Below, one piece after another: positions 1 to 12,559 of a stretch of 64,000 bases of DNA. The notes beneath the pieces are model-generated. The model saw only the letters and a program-made list of their open reading frames with translations, was not told where the DNA came from and made no database searches. A program made the translations under genes and the position numbers. The first letter of the stretch is position 1, and each line of letters starts with the position of its first letter. The DNA comes from Isurus oxyrinchus (lineage: Eukaryota): the NCBI GenBank assembly GCA_026770705.1, contig JANJGN010000105.1, positions 1,364,001 through 1,428,000 of the forward strand, read 5' to 3'.

Positions 1-1800
1 CTGTGTTTATGTGTGTATGTATGTGGTTCTCTGTGTGTGTGAGTGAGGGGTTGCCTATTTTTTTATGTTTTTGTGTGTTTTTGAGTGATGTTTTGTCTGT
101 GTATGTATATCTGTGCCCTTCAATTGAAGTCTGTGTATTTGTGCGTGTGTGTGTGTGTGTGCATTTGTGAAATAAATAGTGTTTGTCTGGCAGCATGTCT
201 GCATGTGTTATAGTGTGTTTATGTACGTAGAAGTGTGTGTGAGCACACGTGATTGCTTAAGTGACTGTGTATGAGAGTGCTTGAGTGTGATGTTGTCTGT
301 GTGCATGTTAATGTCTGTGTACGTTTGTGTGTGCATTGCGTGAGAGTGGATGTGTATTTACGTGTGTGTGAGATTGCTTGAGTTCGAGAGTGTCCGTTTG
401 CATGTCAGTTTGTCCATATATGCATTTGTGAGTATGTGTGTGGCTCTGCGTGAGTGTGTGTGTTTACCTCCAGCTGTTTTACTTCTGTGATTGTGCTTGA
501 GTGTGCGTATATGTAAGGGGGAGGGACAGATAGTTATAGAGGGAATGATAAAGGGAGAGAAATATTGACAGAGAGTTTGTATTTGTATGAGTCTGTGCGT
601 GTGTGAGAGACAGATATTATTATACATAAAACTGCGTGCTCTGCGTGTGCTTCTGTGTATGTATGTGTTACTGTGTGCGTTTGCCTGCTTTTGATATGTC
701 AGCATATGTCTGTCTGTCTGTCCTTCTGTCTGTGTGCCTAAGTGAGTCTGAGCATGTGTGTGTTTCAGAGTGTGTGACTGTGTGTATTCGTCTTTGTGAT
801 TGCATATACGTGTGAGTGCCTATTGCTGATTATTTCTCAGTGGTTGTGAGTATGTATTTTTTTTTGTTAATTCTGTGGGTGTCTGTGTGTCAGTGTGTTT
901 GTCCATGTTTCTGAGAGAGATAGAGTGAGATATCGTGAGAGAGATGGAGAGAGAGAGACAGCGTGAAAGGAGACAGAATGTGAGCATGTTTCTTTTTTTG
1001 TACGTTAGTTTCTGAACGTACTTGCTTCAGTGCATTTATTTGCATGTGTACTTATGTGTGAGAATGAGAGTCTATGTTTGAGTATGTGTGCAAGAGTGTA
1101 TGCATTTGTAAAATACACGGTATTCCTGTGATAGTTTGTGTGTGTGAGTCATTATGTACGCGTATGAGGCTGTTTCTGTGTGATTCTGTGCTTGTACGTC
1201 TGTGCGCAGGTTAGTGTTTGTATACGTATGTGTTCTTGTGTGTGTGCTACTGCATGAGTGTGAGCTGTTTGTTTCTAGCAGCTCGTGTATGCTTCTGTAT
1301 GCCAAGCTGAGTGCGGTTGTGTCTGTGTGTGTATGAGTGACAGAGAGCAAGAGAGAGAGAGAGAGAGAGAGACGGATAGCGAGAGAAAGTGTCTGCTTGT
1401 GCATGTGTGCTGCAGAGAGACTATGTGTGAAAGTGTCCATGCTCTGCGTGTGCGTTTGTGTATTTATGTGTTTCTGTCTGTTCTCTTCTGCTTTTTTATC
1501 TCAGCGTGTGTCTCATTTGTGACTGTGTGTGAGTGTATGTGTGTGTTTGTGCATGTGTGCCTGTCTGTCTCCCTGGGAATGTGTGTCTAATGTGTGTGTT
1601 TTTCCGATTATGTCATTGTGTGTACATGCCTTTGTGAGTGCACGTGTGCGTGATTGTCTCTATCTGATTCTGTATGAATGCGTCTGTATGTGATTGTGTG
1701 AGTATGGATGCATGTAACTTTGTTCTATTTCCATTTGCCTGTGTGTCGAGGTGTGTGTGCGTGCTCCTCTCTGATTGTACTTCTGTAAAAATGGGTCTGG
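1..1800. repeat. Degenerate (TG)n/(GA)n low-complexity tract, probably within the intron of the downstream GPCR gene
   Basis: Continuous TG-rich sequence with (GA)n runs at ~910-970 and ~1340-1385. ORFs here are compositional artefacts (poly-VC/HT). Confidence 0.9.
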
Positions 1801-2433
1801 TTTCTGATTTATTTTCTTCTAGTGTGCTGAGTACATGTTACATTTCTAAAAAGTTTATTTTCTTATATGCATCTGTGTTTCTATGGAGTAATATTTCTAA
1901 TCTTTTGCCTTTCTAATTGTGTGCTGAAGAATTGTTTAACCCTTGGTATGATTTTTAACTTTACAAGAAAGCATGATTTGCGACTGTTCCTAAAACATCA
2001 CAGCAATGGAGGGGTGAACTAATCCTTGCCAGGAATACATATTAGTGCAGTTAGTTGAGAAGTGAGAAATTGAGATTTAAAAAACAAACATCTTTCCTGG
2101 GTCTGGTCACCCCCGGCTCACTGCCAGTCGTGAATTTTCCCATCACTGCTGCATCCTCCAGTTATCCCATCGATCCCAATCACCGTTTTTTCCGCACGTG
2201 ACTTCTGACTCACCCGTCATTCATGATTTTCCTCGCTCCTTAACTGGATTTTTCTGTTTATTTTTCTGCTTCCTTCCACTGTATCACCGACCTTCTCTGA
2301 AGTTTTATCGCGTCCATTTTATACAATACATCACAACAAGCAGTTTATCATTTGAAGCTGACAACAAATACTGAACCAAAATTGCATTTTTTTCCCAGTC
2401 TAATATGTCACTTTATTTCCACCTTTCTCACAG

Positions 2434-3332
2434 TGAACTTAATCACAATTGTGATCCTCAAATGTAAAAACTGTGGTCTATCCAAATGTGTCACTTGTTA
2501 CCTGGTGGCCATGGCAGTGGCTGATCTATTGGTCGTCATCCTGGACCTGATATTGAGACACATTCCGATTGTTTTTGGGGAACACTTTTACTTCCTGGTT
2601 GCCATCCCCGTGTGTAATATCCACGCCGTCCTGCTTTATTCAGCCACTGACTGCTCTGTCTGGTTCACTGTCATGTTCACCGTAGATCGATTTGTGGTCA
2701 TTTGTTCTGCAAAGCTGAAAAGACATTTTTGCAGCGAGAAAACAGCGTCTGTGGTCGTGGGAGCAGTTACTGTGCTGAGCTGTTTAAAGAACATTTTCTG
2801 GTATTTTATGTTAACAGGTCAGTATTGGCTGACGAACACCCCCTGGTTTTGTAAAGTCAAAAGCAATGTTCAAATCTCTCCATTCTGGATAGCAATCGAA
2901 TTCCTCCACCACATTTTAACCCCATGTGTCCCATTTGCCCTGATTCTGCTGCTCAATATTCTCACCATCAGGCACATTGTAGTGAGCAGCAGAGCCCGCA
3001 GGAGACTCCAGGCGTACAGTAATGTGGAGAGTCCCAGAGATCCTGAGATGCAGAGCCGAAGGAAATCCATTATTTTACTGTTTGTGATATCAGCCAATTT
3101 CGTACTGTTATGGTCAACGTTAATGGTTTTTTCTGTGTGGAGGCGGCTGTGGAATTTGGGCTTTGTTTCTTTTCAGTTGTATTGGTTTCTTCAAGAATTG
3201 GGCTTCATGCTGCAGCTCCTGAGCTGCTGCACTAACACTGCAATTTACGCTACAACACAGACTCCGTTCAGACAACACTTGAAGAATGTGTTGAAATATC
3301 CCTTAACCTTAATACTTCAGTTAACTCACTGA
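2434..3332 (+). CDS. Class A GPCR, GPR139/GPR142-like (elasmobranch-expanded type); large terminal coding exon, exon 1 not found in window
   Basis: Uninterrupted frame with VNLITIVIL, CGLSKCVTCYLVAMAVADLL, IPVC (TM3 Cys), DRFVVIC, PWFC (ECL2 Cys), PCVPFALILLLN, RRKSIILLF, SCCTNTAIY. Polypyrimidine tract plus CAG acceptor at 2431-2433 (phase 1); stop TGA 3330-3332. Confidence 0.9.
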
Positions 3333-4137
3333 TAAGAATAACTCAATTACTGGGTGTTGCTATTGTCTGAGCTGCCTCTCCATCGTGGTTAATCCTTACT
3401 GACTGAACAGAAAAAGAGACACAACGCCAAACGTCATTGAACTCCCATTGGCCAGGCTGAATGAACATAATTACTACCCCTACCTGATATGTCAGAAAAA
3501 TACAGCCCTAGCATCACTGCTTTCCTTTTGGCTGGACTGTCTGTCTATCATTGCTATTTCTTATTGACTAGAAAGGATAAGAATTCCCTCCACCTCTGCA
3601 TTCCATTGGCTATTCCTCATTGCTATCGATCACTGATTCGATGCAAAACACAACCACTCACAGACCTTCCCTCCCTTTAGGCGAGCTGCTAGCACATAAT
3701 CGCGATCCATCACAATAATTGGATAGAAATACATCTGTTGGAAACAAGACCACAAATCCCAAAGAGATTTGGGGTGTCATGTCAGACAGAGTGAGCGCAT
3801 TCAGATGAAGCGAAAGAGAGTAAGGGAGAGAAAGATAAAGATGATGGATTGAGGAAACAGGGATATGGACGTAGAGAGAGTTTGAAGATATAGTGTGAAA
3901 GGCAGAGCCCAAGAAATGGAGACAGGTGGAGGGAGGGAGAGAGTCAAATTGGAAAATAATAATGTAACAGCAAGAGGGAGGCAGAGAGATGGACAGAAAA
4001 AAAGCAGAGAGAAGTCATTGATGGAAACAGTGAGAGAGAGAGGGACAGAGGGAGGAACAAATGTAAGGAGAAGCGCTGAATGGCACAAATTATCTGTTGC
4101 CAATATGGAGGGTGCCTCCAATTTGGCAACGTGATAC

Positions 4138-4285
4138 AGCTTGTGGGATCTTGCTGTTAGAAATTCGTCTGCAGCTTTTTATGCACGATAACTTTTAATG
4201 TAATTAATTATTTGACTGTGGAACGTCGACAATGATTTGGAATTAAATTCTGAAATGTGAAGCGGCTCTATAAATGTGTGTTGCC
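4138..4285 (+). mobile_element. Decayed DeuSINE/L2-tail-type SINE fragment
   Basis: gtgggatcttgctg...gtgaagcggctctataaatg resembles the Deu-domain/L2-tail consensus common in sharks. Confidence 0.45.
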
Positions 4286-4854
4286 TTATTTCAATAATTC
4301 CTGGGTTTTAGTTCCAATCACACATTAGACAAACAATATGTTTTGGTGAGGTGGGGGATGTGGCCCTTCATTTGTTTTTTGGAATCTGACAGCAGCTTTA
4401 TCCCCCAACCCATTTATAGACGTGAAGTTAGATGCTTCTGAGGATTGGTTCGTGATGGGAGGAGGGCACATGTCTAATGACACCTCGCAGCTCGTGTGGT
4501 CTTGAGGTCCACAACGTACCTGCAGCCTCTCCTGCACTGTAACTGTGGCGAGGCAGACACAATGAATCTTACTGAAGAGCTGATTGTGGATAGCATCCTT
4601 TGTACTCAGCCCAATCCTCCTCACCCTCAAAAAACTCTAGGTAAGTCATCCCTAAATATACAACATGGCAATCACTTTCTCCGTCGTTATTTAAGTCTGT
4701 GAGACAGGAAACACTTCAGAGAGCATTTCATTCAAGATAACCCTGAGGTAAGGATAAAAATGGACAGCGACATTGACTGGAATGACTGACTAAGTAGTGG
4801 GGTGCAGTGAATTGGAGAACGACAATCCTGGCTGAGTGGCTATAGGATAACTCA

Positions 4855-7800
4855 TCGACTCATAGACTTTTCAACAGAGTTAAAGATAATTTGCTCCTTT
4901 CATTTCTGCGGCCATCAGCAAAGGCCTGACTATGCTCATTCTATTTACCAGCGATTGGCTCATAGACCTAGAGGCAGTGGTAACAATAGTGAATATCTAA
5001 ATACTTCTTTAGTGTTGAGACATGTTGAATCAGCCACCTTTTCAGGAAGAGCATTCCAGATTCGTATCACCCTCAGCTTGAAAGAAATTCTCCTCAGTTT
5101 CCCGCTTAGCCTTCTACATCTTTAACTAAATATATGGCCCCTGTAAATTCACCCATCTACTAAGGGGAAAAGCACCTCTCCAGCCACCCTTACAATAACC
5201 CTCATAATCTTATACACCTCTATCAGGTCCCCCGTGAACATTCGCTGCTCCCTGGAAAACAACACCAGCCTAGTGAATGTTTCATCATTGTCCAGACCTT
5301 CCAGCCCAAGTAGCATCCTCATATATCCCCTCTGCACCATCACCTGTTCAATCAAATTCTGTCTTTAATGTGATGACAAGGACTGCACTTGTAAACCAAA
5401 CAGAAATTTGTACAGCTCCAGAATAACCTCTCCACTATTGTACTCTGAGCTTCAGCTACTAAAGGCTTCTTAACAAACTTATGCTTCTGCCGTGCTACCC
5501 TCATGGATCTGTGGAGATGCACACCAAGGTTCCACGGATCTTCAGTACTTGCCAGGGTCCTACTGTTCATAGTCCATTGCATTGTTAGCCATTACCAAGC
5601 CCATTACCACACACTTTTGATGGTTGAATTCCATTTGCCACAACTCTGCCAATCTGCCAAAACCATTGATAAACTCTTAGATTTCACAGGATTTCTCCTC
5701 AGTATTTACCACCCAACAATTTTCGTCCAATCCACAATCATCTTGTTCATTTCTCCTAAATTTAACTCCAATTCATGTAAGCACACCGCAAACAGCAAGG
5801 GGACCGGCACTAGGCCTTGTGAAACCGCACTGGAAACCGACATTCAGTCACAGAAACAACCCTCTGTCATCAAGCGCTGCTCTTGCCTCTCAGCCAATTT
5901 TGTATCTTGCCATTTTTCTTGGATCCCAAGGGTTTTTTCCTACTTGACCCATCTTCCATGCATCAAAAGCCTTGCTAAAGCCCATTTAGAGCACATCAAT
6001 TGTATTACGCTCATCAATTCTCCAAGTTGCCTCTTCAAAAAAGAACAATGTCAAATAGGACATTCCCTTAACAAATCCATGCTGACTATTCTGGATTAAT
6101 TCGTTTCTCTCAAATGCATTTGCATACTGCCCCACATAATTCTTCCTAGTAAATTTCCCATCTACGAGGCGGTACTGATTAGCCTTTAATTTGCTGGTCA
6201 AAACCTTCCTTAGTTTTAAAATAATAGGTTAACTTTGACTGTCCTCCAGTTCTGTAGATAATGAAGATTTGAAAATTATTTAAAGAGCCCCTTGTTTACC
6301 TCCCTTGTTTCCCTCACGAGCAGGAGATACATTTCATCCGGACGAACGTATTGCGCCACTTTTAAGTCCGCTAACCTGCTAGTACCTCCTCTCTGTCTAT
6401 GTTAACTCGTCCAAAATTTCACAGCTCTCCACTTTGATGCAGATACCTGCGTCGTTCTTTTCCATTGCGAATAAAAATCACAGCGTATTAGCTGAAAACT
6501 GTAAGGACATCTTTTGTGACCACACCGATAACCTCTACGTTCCTTGATGATCCTATTCTTCCTCTGGTTATTTTATTGCTCTTTTTAAACTAAAAAAACT
6601 AAATAACCCTTTAATTCTTTTTAATCTAACGCTCAATGCTAAGTTACCCCTTGCAATTTTTGAGTTCCTCTAGGGGGACTGTCATATTGAGCCATTGGTA
6701 TCTGGTATAAGTTTCTCTTTCATTTCTCAATCCTAACCCTGTACGTCCCTTGACATGGAGCTTGTCATTACGGAAACCTATTGGCCCTGTTCTCTCGCTA
6801 TTTCCTGCTTGAATTCCAAGCAACTGCCCTGACACATTTTTATCTCCTATTAGGTGCTCACCGTCCACTTGGGCCAAATTGAACCCCATCATATCAAAAT
6901 TAGCCTTTCCCCACTATAGAACTTTTATTCCAAGGCGAAACCTCTCCTTTTCAATAACTCCTTTAAATTTAACAAAATTATGGTCATTTTTGCCAACATG
7001 TTCCCCCACTGATACAGCTTCTACCTGACCAAGCTCATTTACGAATATTTGATCCAAAACTGATCGGTCCCTTCTTGGATTGTCTACATATTTACCAGAA
7101 AAGTTCTCCTGGGTGTAATTTAAAAAGAATTCTCTTGCCCCACCTTGCACGATAATACTATCCCAGTTAATAGACATTTGTGCAGGTAAAATTTCCTACT
7201 ACCACTACACTATTATTCTTACACTTCTCTGAACTTTGATTGAATAGTTAAACCTTTAACTCTCCCTTGACTCATTTGGGAGCTTATGGCACACACCCAA
7301 CAGCGTGTTTGCACCTTTTGTGCTTTTACTGCTACCCATATGGCCTCATTTGAGGGCCCTTCCAAATAACATCCCGCTCTGCTGCTATAACTGATTCCTT
7401 TATCGATATTGCGACCCCGCCTCCTCCGCTATCCCCCTCGCTACCTTGTCTGAATGTCCATTTGCCAGGATTGTTGATTTTCCAATCCTGCTCTTCTTTT
7501 AGCCAATTCTCAGTAATAGCATTGACATCGATGTGCCTATCTGTGCCCTCGGATCCTCTGGCTTTTTACCTCGAACTGCTTGCATAAAGCATACATTCTG
7601 TTTAGTCTTGCAAAACATACTTAATTGGTATCTAGCCAATATCCTCTAACTTCGAGAAACACTTACTCGCATTTAAAATTCTAGTTCCTTCCAAGCTGCT
7701 CCCGCATCAGAACTCCGTTTCAGGATTGTTTTACCCCGAGAATTTAGTTTACATCTGTCCCAAGGGCATTGGAAATTCTCGCTGCAACAATTCTGGTCCC

Positions 7801-8140
7801 GTTCCTGTTCAGATATAGCCCGTCTAATTTGATTAGGCCCCACCTCCCATAGAAGCGTTCTCGATGCCCCCGGAATCCAAATCTGTCCCTCCTGCACCAG
7901 CTCTCAAGCCACGTATTAATCTTTCCTTTCCTTCTATTCCTATTTTCAGTGCTGCGTAGCACCAGGAAGACTCTGGAGATTACTAACTTTGAAGTCCTGC
8001 TTTCCAATTTGCTAACTAACTCCATAAAATCTGCTTCCAGGAAAACATTTCTTCCCATATCAATAGTCCAAACATGGACCACGACATCTGCCTGTTCAGT
8101 TTGCTCTTTGGAATGCCCTGCAGCCATCTGGTGACTCGTG
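4855..8140 (-). mobile_element. Decayed long CR1 LINE (ORF1 esterase domain + ORF2 endonuclease/RT + 3' end)
   Basis: Minus-strand fragments: VVVHVWTIDMG...WLESWC...DGLYLN (SGNH esterase of CR1 ORF1), PRRDRSVLDQIF...GKNDHN (APE C-end), QHGFVKG, GDLIEVYKIM. Confidence 0.85.
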
Positions 8141-8759
8141 AAGGCTAAAGAAGGTGCACATACTGGCATACAGACCAAAAAGTAGAATGTATGAATAGGA
8201 GAAGAAGCTTCAGAATTCTGTCAAAAAACAACTTAGAAACATTAACATATGGCAGTGTTGGAGGAGGCGTTTGAAGGCTGTGTGAATGAAAACATATTAA
8301 GGTGGATAAAAAAGGGAAAAAACAGGATAAGACAATGAATGGAAGAAAGTGAAAACAGCTATAGTATAAAATTTAAAAATAAAAACAAAGGGATTTTAAA
8401 TGGTGTTAAAGTGGAGGAGTGTGCTCATGGTCCAAACTTGTTTAACTCATTGTTAATTTTGGAAAACTGCAAAGAGCTGAATTGGAACTTTGCGTTGGGC
8501 TAGACTGGAACATTGCAGCAGGCCAAGCACGGACATGTAGGCATTGGAGTAGGATGATGTGTTGACATGGTAAGCAAAAAGAAGATCTAGGTCATGTTTT
8601 CTGACAGACCACATGTGTTCCATGAATAGTCAACTATTCCAATTTGATCACCAAAATGAAGAGCAGACCGTAATCTGAGGAGCGAAAGTTTTATTCTGCA
8701 TCTGGCTCCATGCTGCACCTCCCCTGTGATTGTTTGATTGCGACACTTTGGACGAAAAT

Positions 8760-9130
8760 GTATCCTGTATGTAATCCCATGCTGTACCTGATGAGGGAGC
8801 ATTTAATGCAGAAAGTGCAGAGGAAAGACAAGTCTACATCCAAACAAGTATTGTTTTTGTAGAGGGAGTGTTATATCTGGACATTATAGGTGGGAGTGTT
8901 ACCCTCTAACACTGTGTTGCACCTATGAAGGTGTGTTTATTCAACACAGTGTACATGGCCCTTTAATCAGTATCTAACCCCGTGCCGTTTCTGTGTAGCG
9001 TGCCTTTGAGTGGACAGTGTAGAGAGATACTTGTACTCCATCTAACCCAGTGCTGTAATTCTAATGCAAGTGTTTGTTGGAGACAATGTAGAGATAGGAT
9101 TACTTTATATCTAACCCTGTGCTGCACCTT
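8760..9130. repeat. Degenerate ~63-bp minisatellite (tatctaaccc-gtgctgtacct...gacagtgtagag)
   Basis: The motif atctaaccc.gtgc recurs at ~8973, ~9041 and ~9109, with weaker copies upstream. Confidence 0.65.
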
Positions 9131-9380
9131 AAGTTTCCACCACCACCAAAAGCACCACCACCACTACCGTACACATTAAATGGAAATGAACCATCTCTTC
9201 ACCGTTCCTGTATCAGGTGTGCAATTCCTCTTTCCAAACTGTGGGATCTAAATCTTACTTTACAGTAATCGCTCTCGCTCTGTTGGGCCATCCGGCTGTA
9301 CCCAGGCCCGCCTGTCACTAATCTCAAAATGTAGTCTGCCATAGAACCCAGGGTATTTGCCATGACTAATTTCATCTTCA

Positions 9381-9405
9381 TATATATATATATATATATA
9401 TATAT
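9381..9405. repeat. (TA)n microsatellite
   Basis: Direct observation. Confidence 0.95.
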
Positions 9406-10224
9406 CATTCATTCAGTATAAAAAAGACCAACTGAGTTATATTGACTCAAAAAGCCAAGCACTCCTGGAAATACATTTCTATCAGGTGTTTCCAGATCCC
9501 TAAAATTTTAATTCAGGAATCCGCTTCCCTGTCCTCTTATACCTCTATTGGCTGAGACCCCCTGTCCTGCATTCAGAATCATGACATTTATTCAATAATT
9601 ATCCATCTTTATTATGAAATGTTTTGTTTCACTTTCACTGTTGTTTGGGGCTGCACTCATCTAGGCGAGAAGGCAGATTGTGTACGAAATAGCCCAGGCA
9701 AATATGATCATTTTTTAACCAACAGTTTAACATTGACATTTACATCTGCATCTTTTGGACATAAGGAGGTGGAGATAAGACTCTCTCCGGGGGATGGGGT
9801 GGGGGGTGGTGTTTGTGGGGGGCCGGTTTTGTGGGGGACGGTTGGGGTGGGGCGATACACAACTGGGCTGAGAAGGAAACAACATTTTGTGTATTTCTGA
9901 AGCTTTAGATTTCGTGCCTGTTTCTCTCGTTGCAGATAACGGTGTTTCCATGTGTGGGATACTGAGGCCACAGCTGATAAAGGGTGAATAAGTCTGTGGA
10001 ATGAACTGATTACATGAAGTGATGCAAATAATCTTAAATATGTAAATCAATCAGCTCCCACTTCACATCATTACTGTCAGGCCGAGCAATTCAACTCAGC
10101 TATTCCTTTGAATAATTATTACAGTGATAACGTTCTCTGGTTGGCGTATCTTTCAAAATTTGTTTATGTATAATTTCTGGCTTGAAGAAGATATATTGAT
10201 GATGAGTTATTATTTGTTCTTACA

Positions 10225-11335
10225 CTTTCATGGGATTTGGTGCTTGATGGCTGAACCAACAATTATTTCCATTCATTAGTTGCTTTTATGAACATGATGG
10301 TGAGCTGCCTCCTTCATCTGCGGCAGTCCATATGGTGGATGTACACCAACAGCGCTGTTAGGAAGGCAGATCTCGGGATTTCAACCTTTGATAGTGACAG
10401 GAAGGGGGACTATTATGAAGTCAGGATGGTACATTGATCGGATGTAAAATCCACGTGATGATGTTCCCTCATATCTGCTGCCATTGTCGTTCGAGATGGT
10501 AGAGGTACTTGATTTAAAATGTGCTGTAGAGGGAGCCGTGGTTTGTTTCTGCAATGAATGTTGTGGATGATACACTCTGTTCCTACTGTGCATAGTTGGT
10601 GCAGGGGGTAGATGTAGATGGTGCTAGAGAGGGTCTAAATCTTCTAGAACGTTGTTGGAGCTGCTCTCCTCCAGGCGACTGCGGAGTTTCCATCACACAC
10701 CTGGCTTGAGAATTATTGACAGGCTTTGGGTTGTAGGGAGGTAACTTAATAGTTGCAGGGTTCCTGGCCTATGAACTGCAATCGTAGCCATGTTTTTTTT
10801 TTCATATATACAGCTGATGTAGATCAGTCTCTGGCCATTATTATCTGTCAGGCTGTTAATAACGAGTGATTCAGCGATGGCAATGCCTATAAAAGTCAAG
10901 GGGCCATGCTTGCACTCTCTCTTATTGGAGAATGCCTTCGGTGATGTGATGTGTTTCCCCTAAGAGTCAGCGTAGTCCTGGGTAATGTCTAGGTCTCTAT
11001 GTATTTTGTAATTTAACTGCTTCAGTTACTAAGGACTTCCGAATGGTGCTTAACATTGTGCAGCTATCGATGAACGTCACCCCTTCGGGTCTTTTGGTGG
11101 AAGGAAGTTCCTGATAAAGCAGCTGAAGGTGGTTGACCCTCCATGAGAACTACTGCAGTGACATCCTGGAACTGAAATGATTGATCTCTAACTACCACAG
11201 CATCATTCCTTTGTACCAGGTAGGAAGTTAACCAGTGGAGAGCTTTCCCCATGATTCCCAATGACATCAGTTTTGCATGGATCCTTGCTGCGACATTTGG
11301 TCTATTGTTGCCTTGATGTCAACTGACAGATTATT
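10225..11335 (-). mobile_element. Decayed 3' portion of a CR1/L2-group (Crack/Daphne-like) LINE
   Basis: SLGIMGKALHWLTSYL..R..VVV (RT) and DIKATIDQM; same family as 50040-51150. Confidence 0.75.
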
Positions 11336-11339
11336 AGCT

Positions 11340-11940
11340 GACCAAGTACCCAGCAAAGTAAGGGTCAGAATACAGTGAGACAGAACTGCAAGACATTCTT
11401 GAACTGAAGATTTAGTGACCGGAAACAAAGCAGTGTATATAAATATGACAGGGGATCCAGGTCCTGACCAATTCTCCACGACATGTTAGAAAATGTCCAA
11501 TATCCCAGAGCAGAGCTAAATTCCCATAAAGTCGATGGAGACTTGGGCCTAGGAAATGAAGCTGGATAGGTGGAAGATGGATCAGTGCAGAACTATTCAG
11601 TGATAATTATAATACTGACTGCAAACATAGAGGCAGAGTTCAGAAATAAGGAAAGTTTAAGATTATCAGATGAGTTGTGATTTTGACTGGAAGGAATGGA
11701 AAGCAGCTTCTTCAATATCATAGTAGGAACAGTGGAAGTTTTCAAGGAGCACAGAGTGACGTTAAAGACTAAGTATGCCCCTGAAAAGTGATATAATATG
11801 GCAGAAGATCTATGCCGGACGACGTAAATCCCCGATGGAAACTTGATTGTGCTGCAACAGCCGTTTTGCAATTTGCACTTATTAAGAGACAAGTGCACTG
11901 ATTTCAGAAGCAATAAGTCCTCCAAAACCTTTTGAGGTTT
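11340..11940 (+). mobile_element. Highly decayed Copia-like pol fragment
   Basis: Weak similarity only; no intact motif. Confidence 0.25.
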
Positions 11941-12156
11941 CAAAAATTAAATTAAATTATATTTTAAGACAATATAAAGATTTCAATTACATCCATAAAA
12001 CTACAAATTGCTTTTTGGCAGAGGAACTACTGAGGTTCCTAATTTAACTAATCCCCAGTCACACCCCCTTTAAGGCAACAATCCAAAATAGATTTCAGAA
12101 TTAAAACGGGCCTAGCAAATAAAAAAAAGATAGCGGAATTCCAAACGGCTTTGCCC

Positions 12157-12480
12157 CAACCTGAGTTTCTGCAGCCTTACCCCCTCCTCAATACTACCTG
12201 TGCCTCCAGCTATCCTTGTATCTTCTGTAACGATAACTAGGATGCCCTCAGTTCCTTCATCTAGATCTTTAATGTATAAAGTGAAACGTTGTTGTCCCAA
12301 CACTAACCCCTGCGGAACTCCACTAGTCAGCAGCCGCCATTTTGAGAAGGACCTCCTTATCTCCACTCTTTGTCTGCTTCCAGACAGCCAATCTTCTATC
12401 CATGCAAGTACTTTGCCTCTAACACCATGGGCTCTTATCTTACTGAGGAACCTCCTGTGCAGCACCTTGTCAAAGGCCTT
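12157..12480 (-). mobile_element. CR1 RT fragment
   Basis: HRRFLSKIRAHGVRGKVLAWIEDWLSGSRQRV...TSGVPQGLVLG...YIKDLD. Confidence 0.9.
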
Positions 12481-12559
12481 CGGGCTCTCCTTTGTCTAAC
12501 CTACTCGTTAGCTCCTGAAAAGAATTCTGACAGATTTGAGTCAACTGAATTTATTTCAG

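Noticed and set aside
358-1916. ORFs in the TG-rich tract
   Set aside because: Compositional artefacts of dinucleotide repeats
2352-2433. N-terminal extension of the GPCR ORF
   Set aside because: Non-ATG start and a clear splice acceptor at 2431-2433; intronic read-through
3440-3625. Several reverse CCAAT-like motifs downstream of the GPCR
   Set aside because: Only two are exact and no associated gene or TSS is visible
5503-6099. 198-aa plus-strand ORF
   Set aside because: Antisense to CR1 ORF2
8760-9130. Periodic repeats as a CRISPR-like array (also 48710-49050)
   Set aside because: Whole units repeat without unique spacers; eukaryotic minisatellites, no cas genes
9199-9408. Possible minus-strand exon next to (TA)n
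   Set aside because: No recognisable homology and the start lies within the microsatellite
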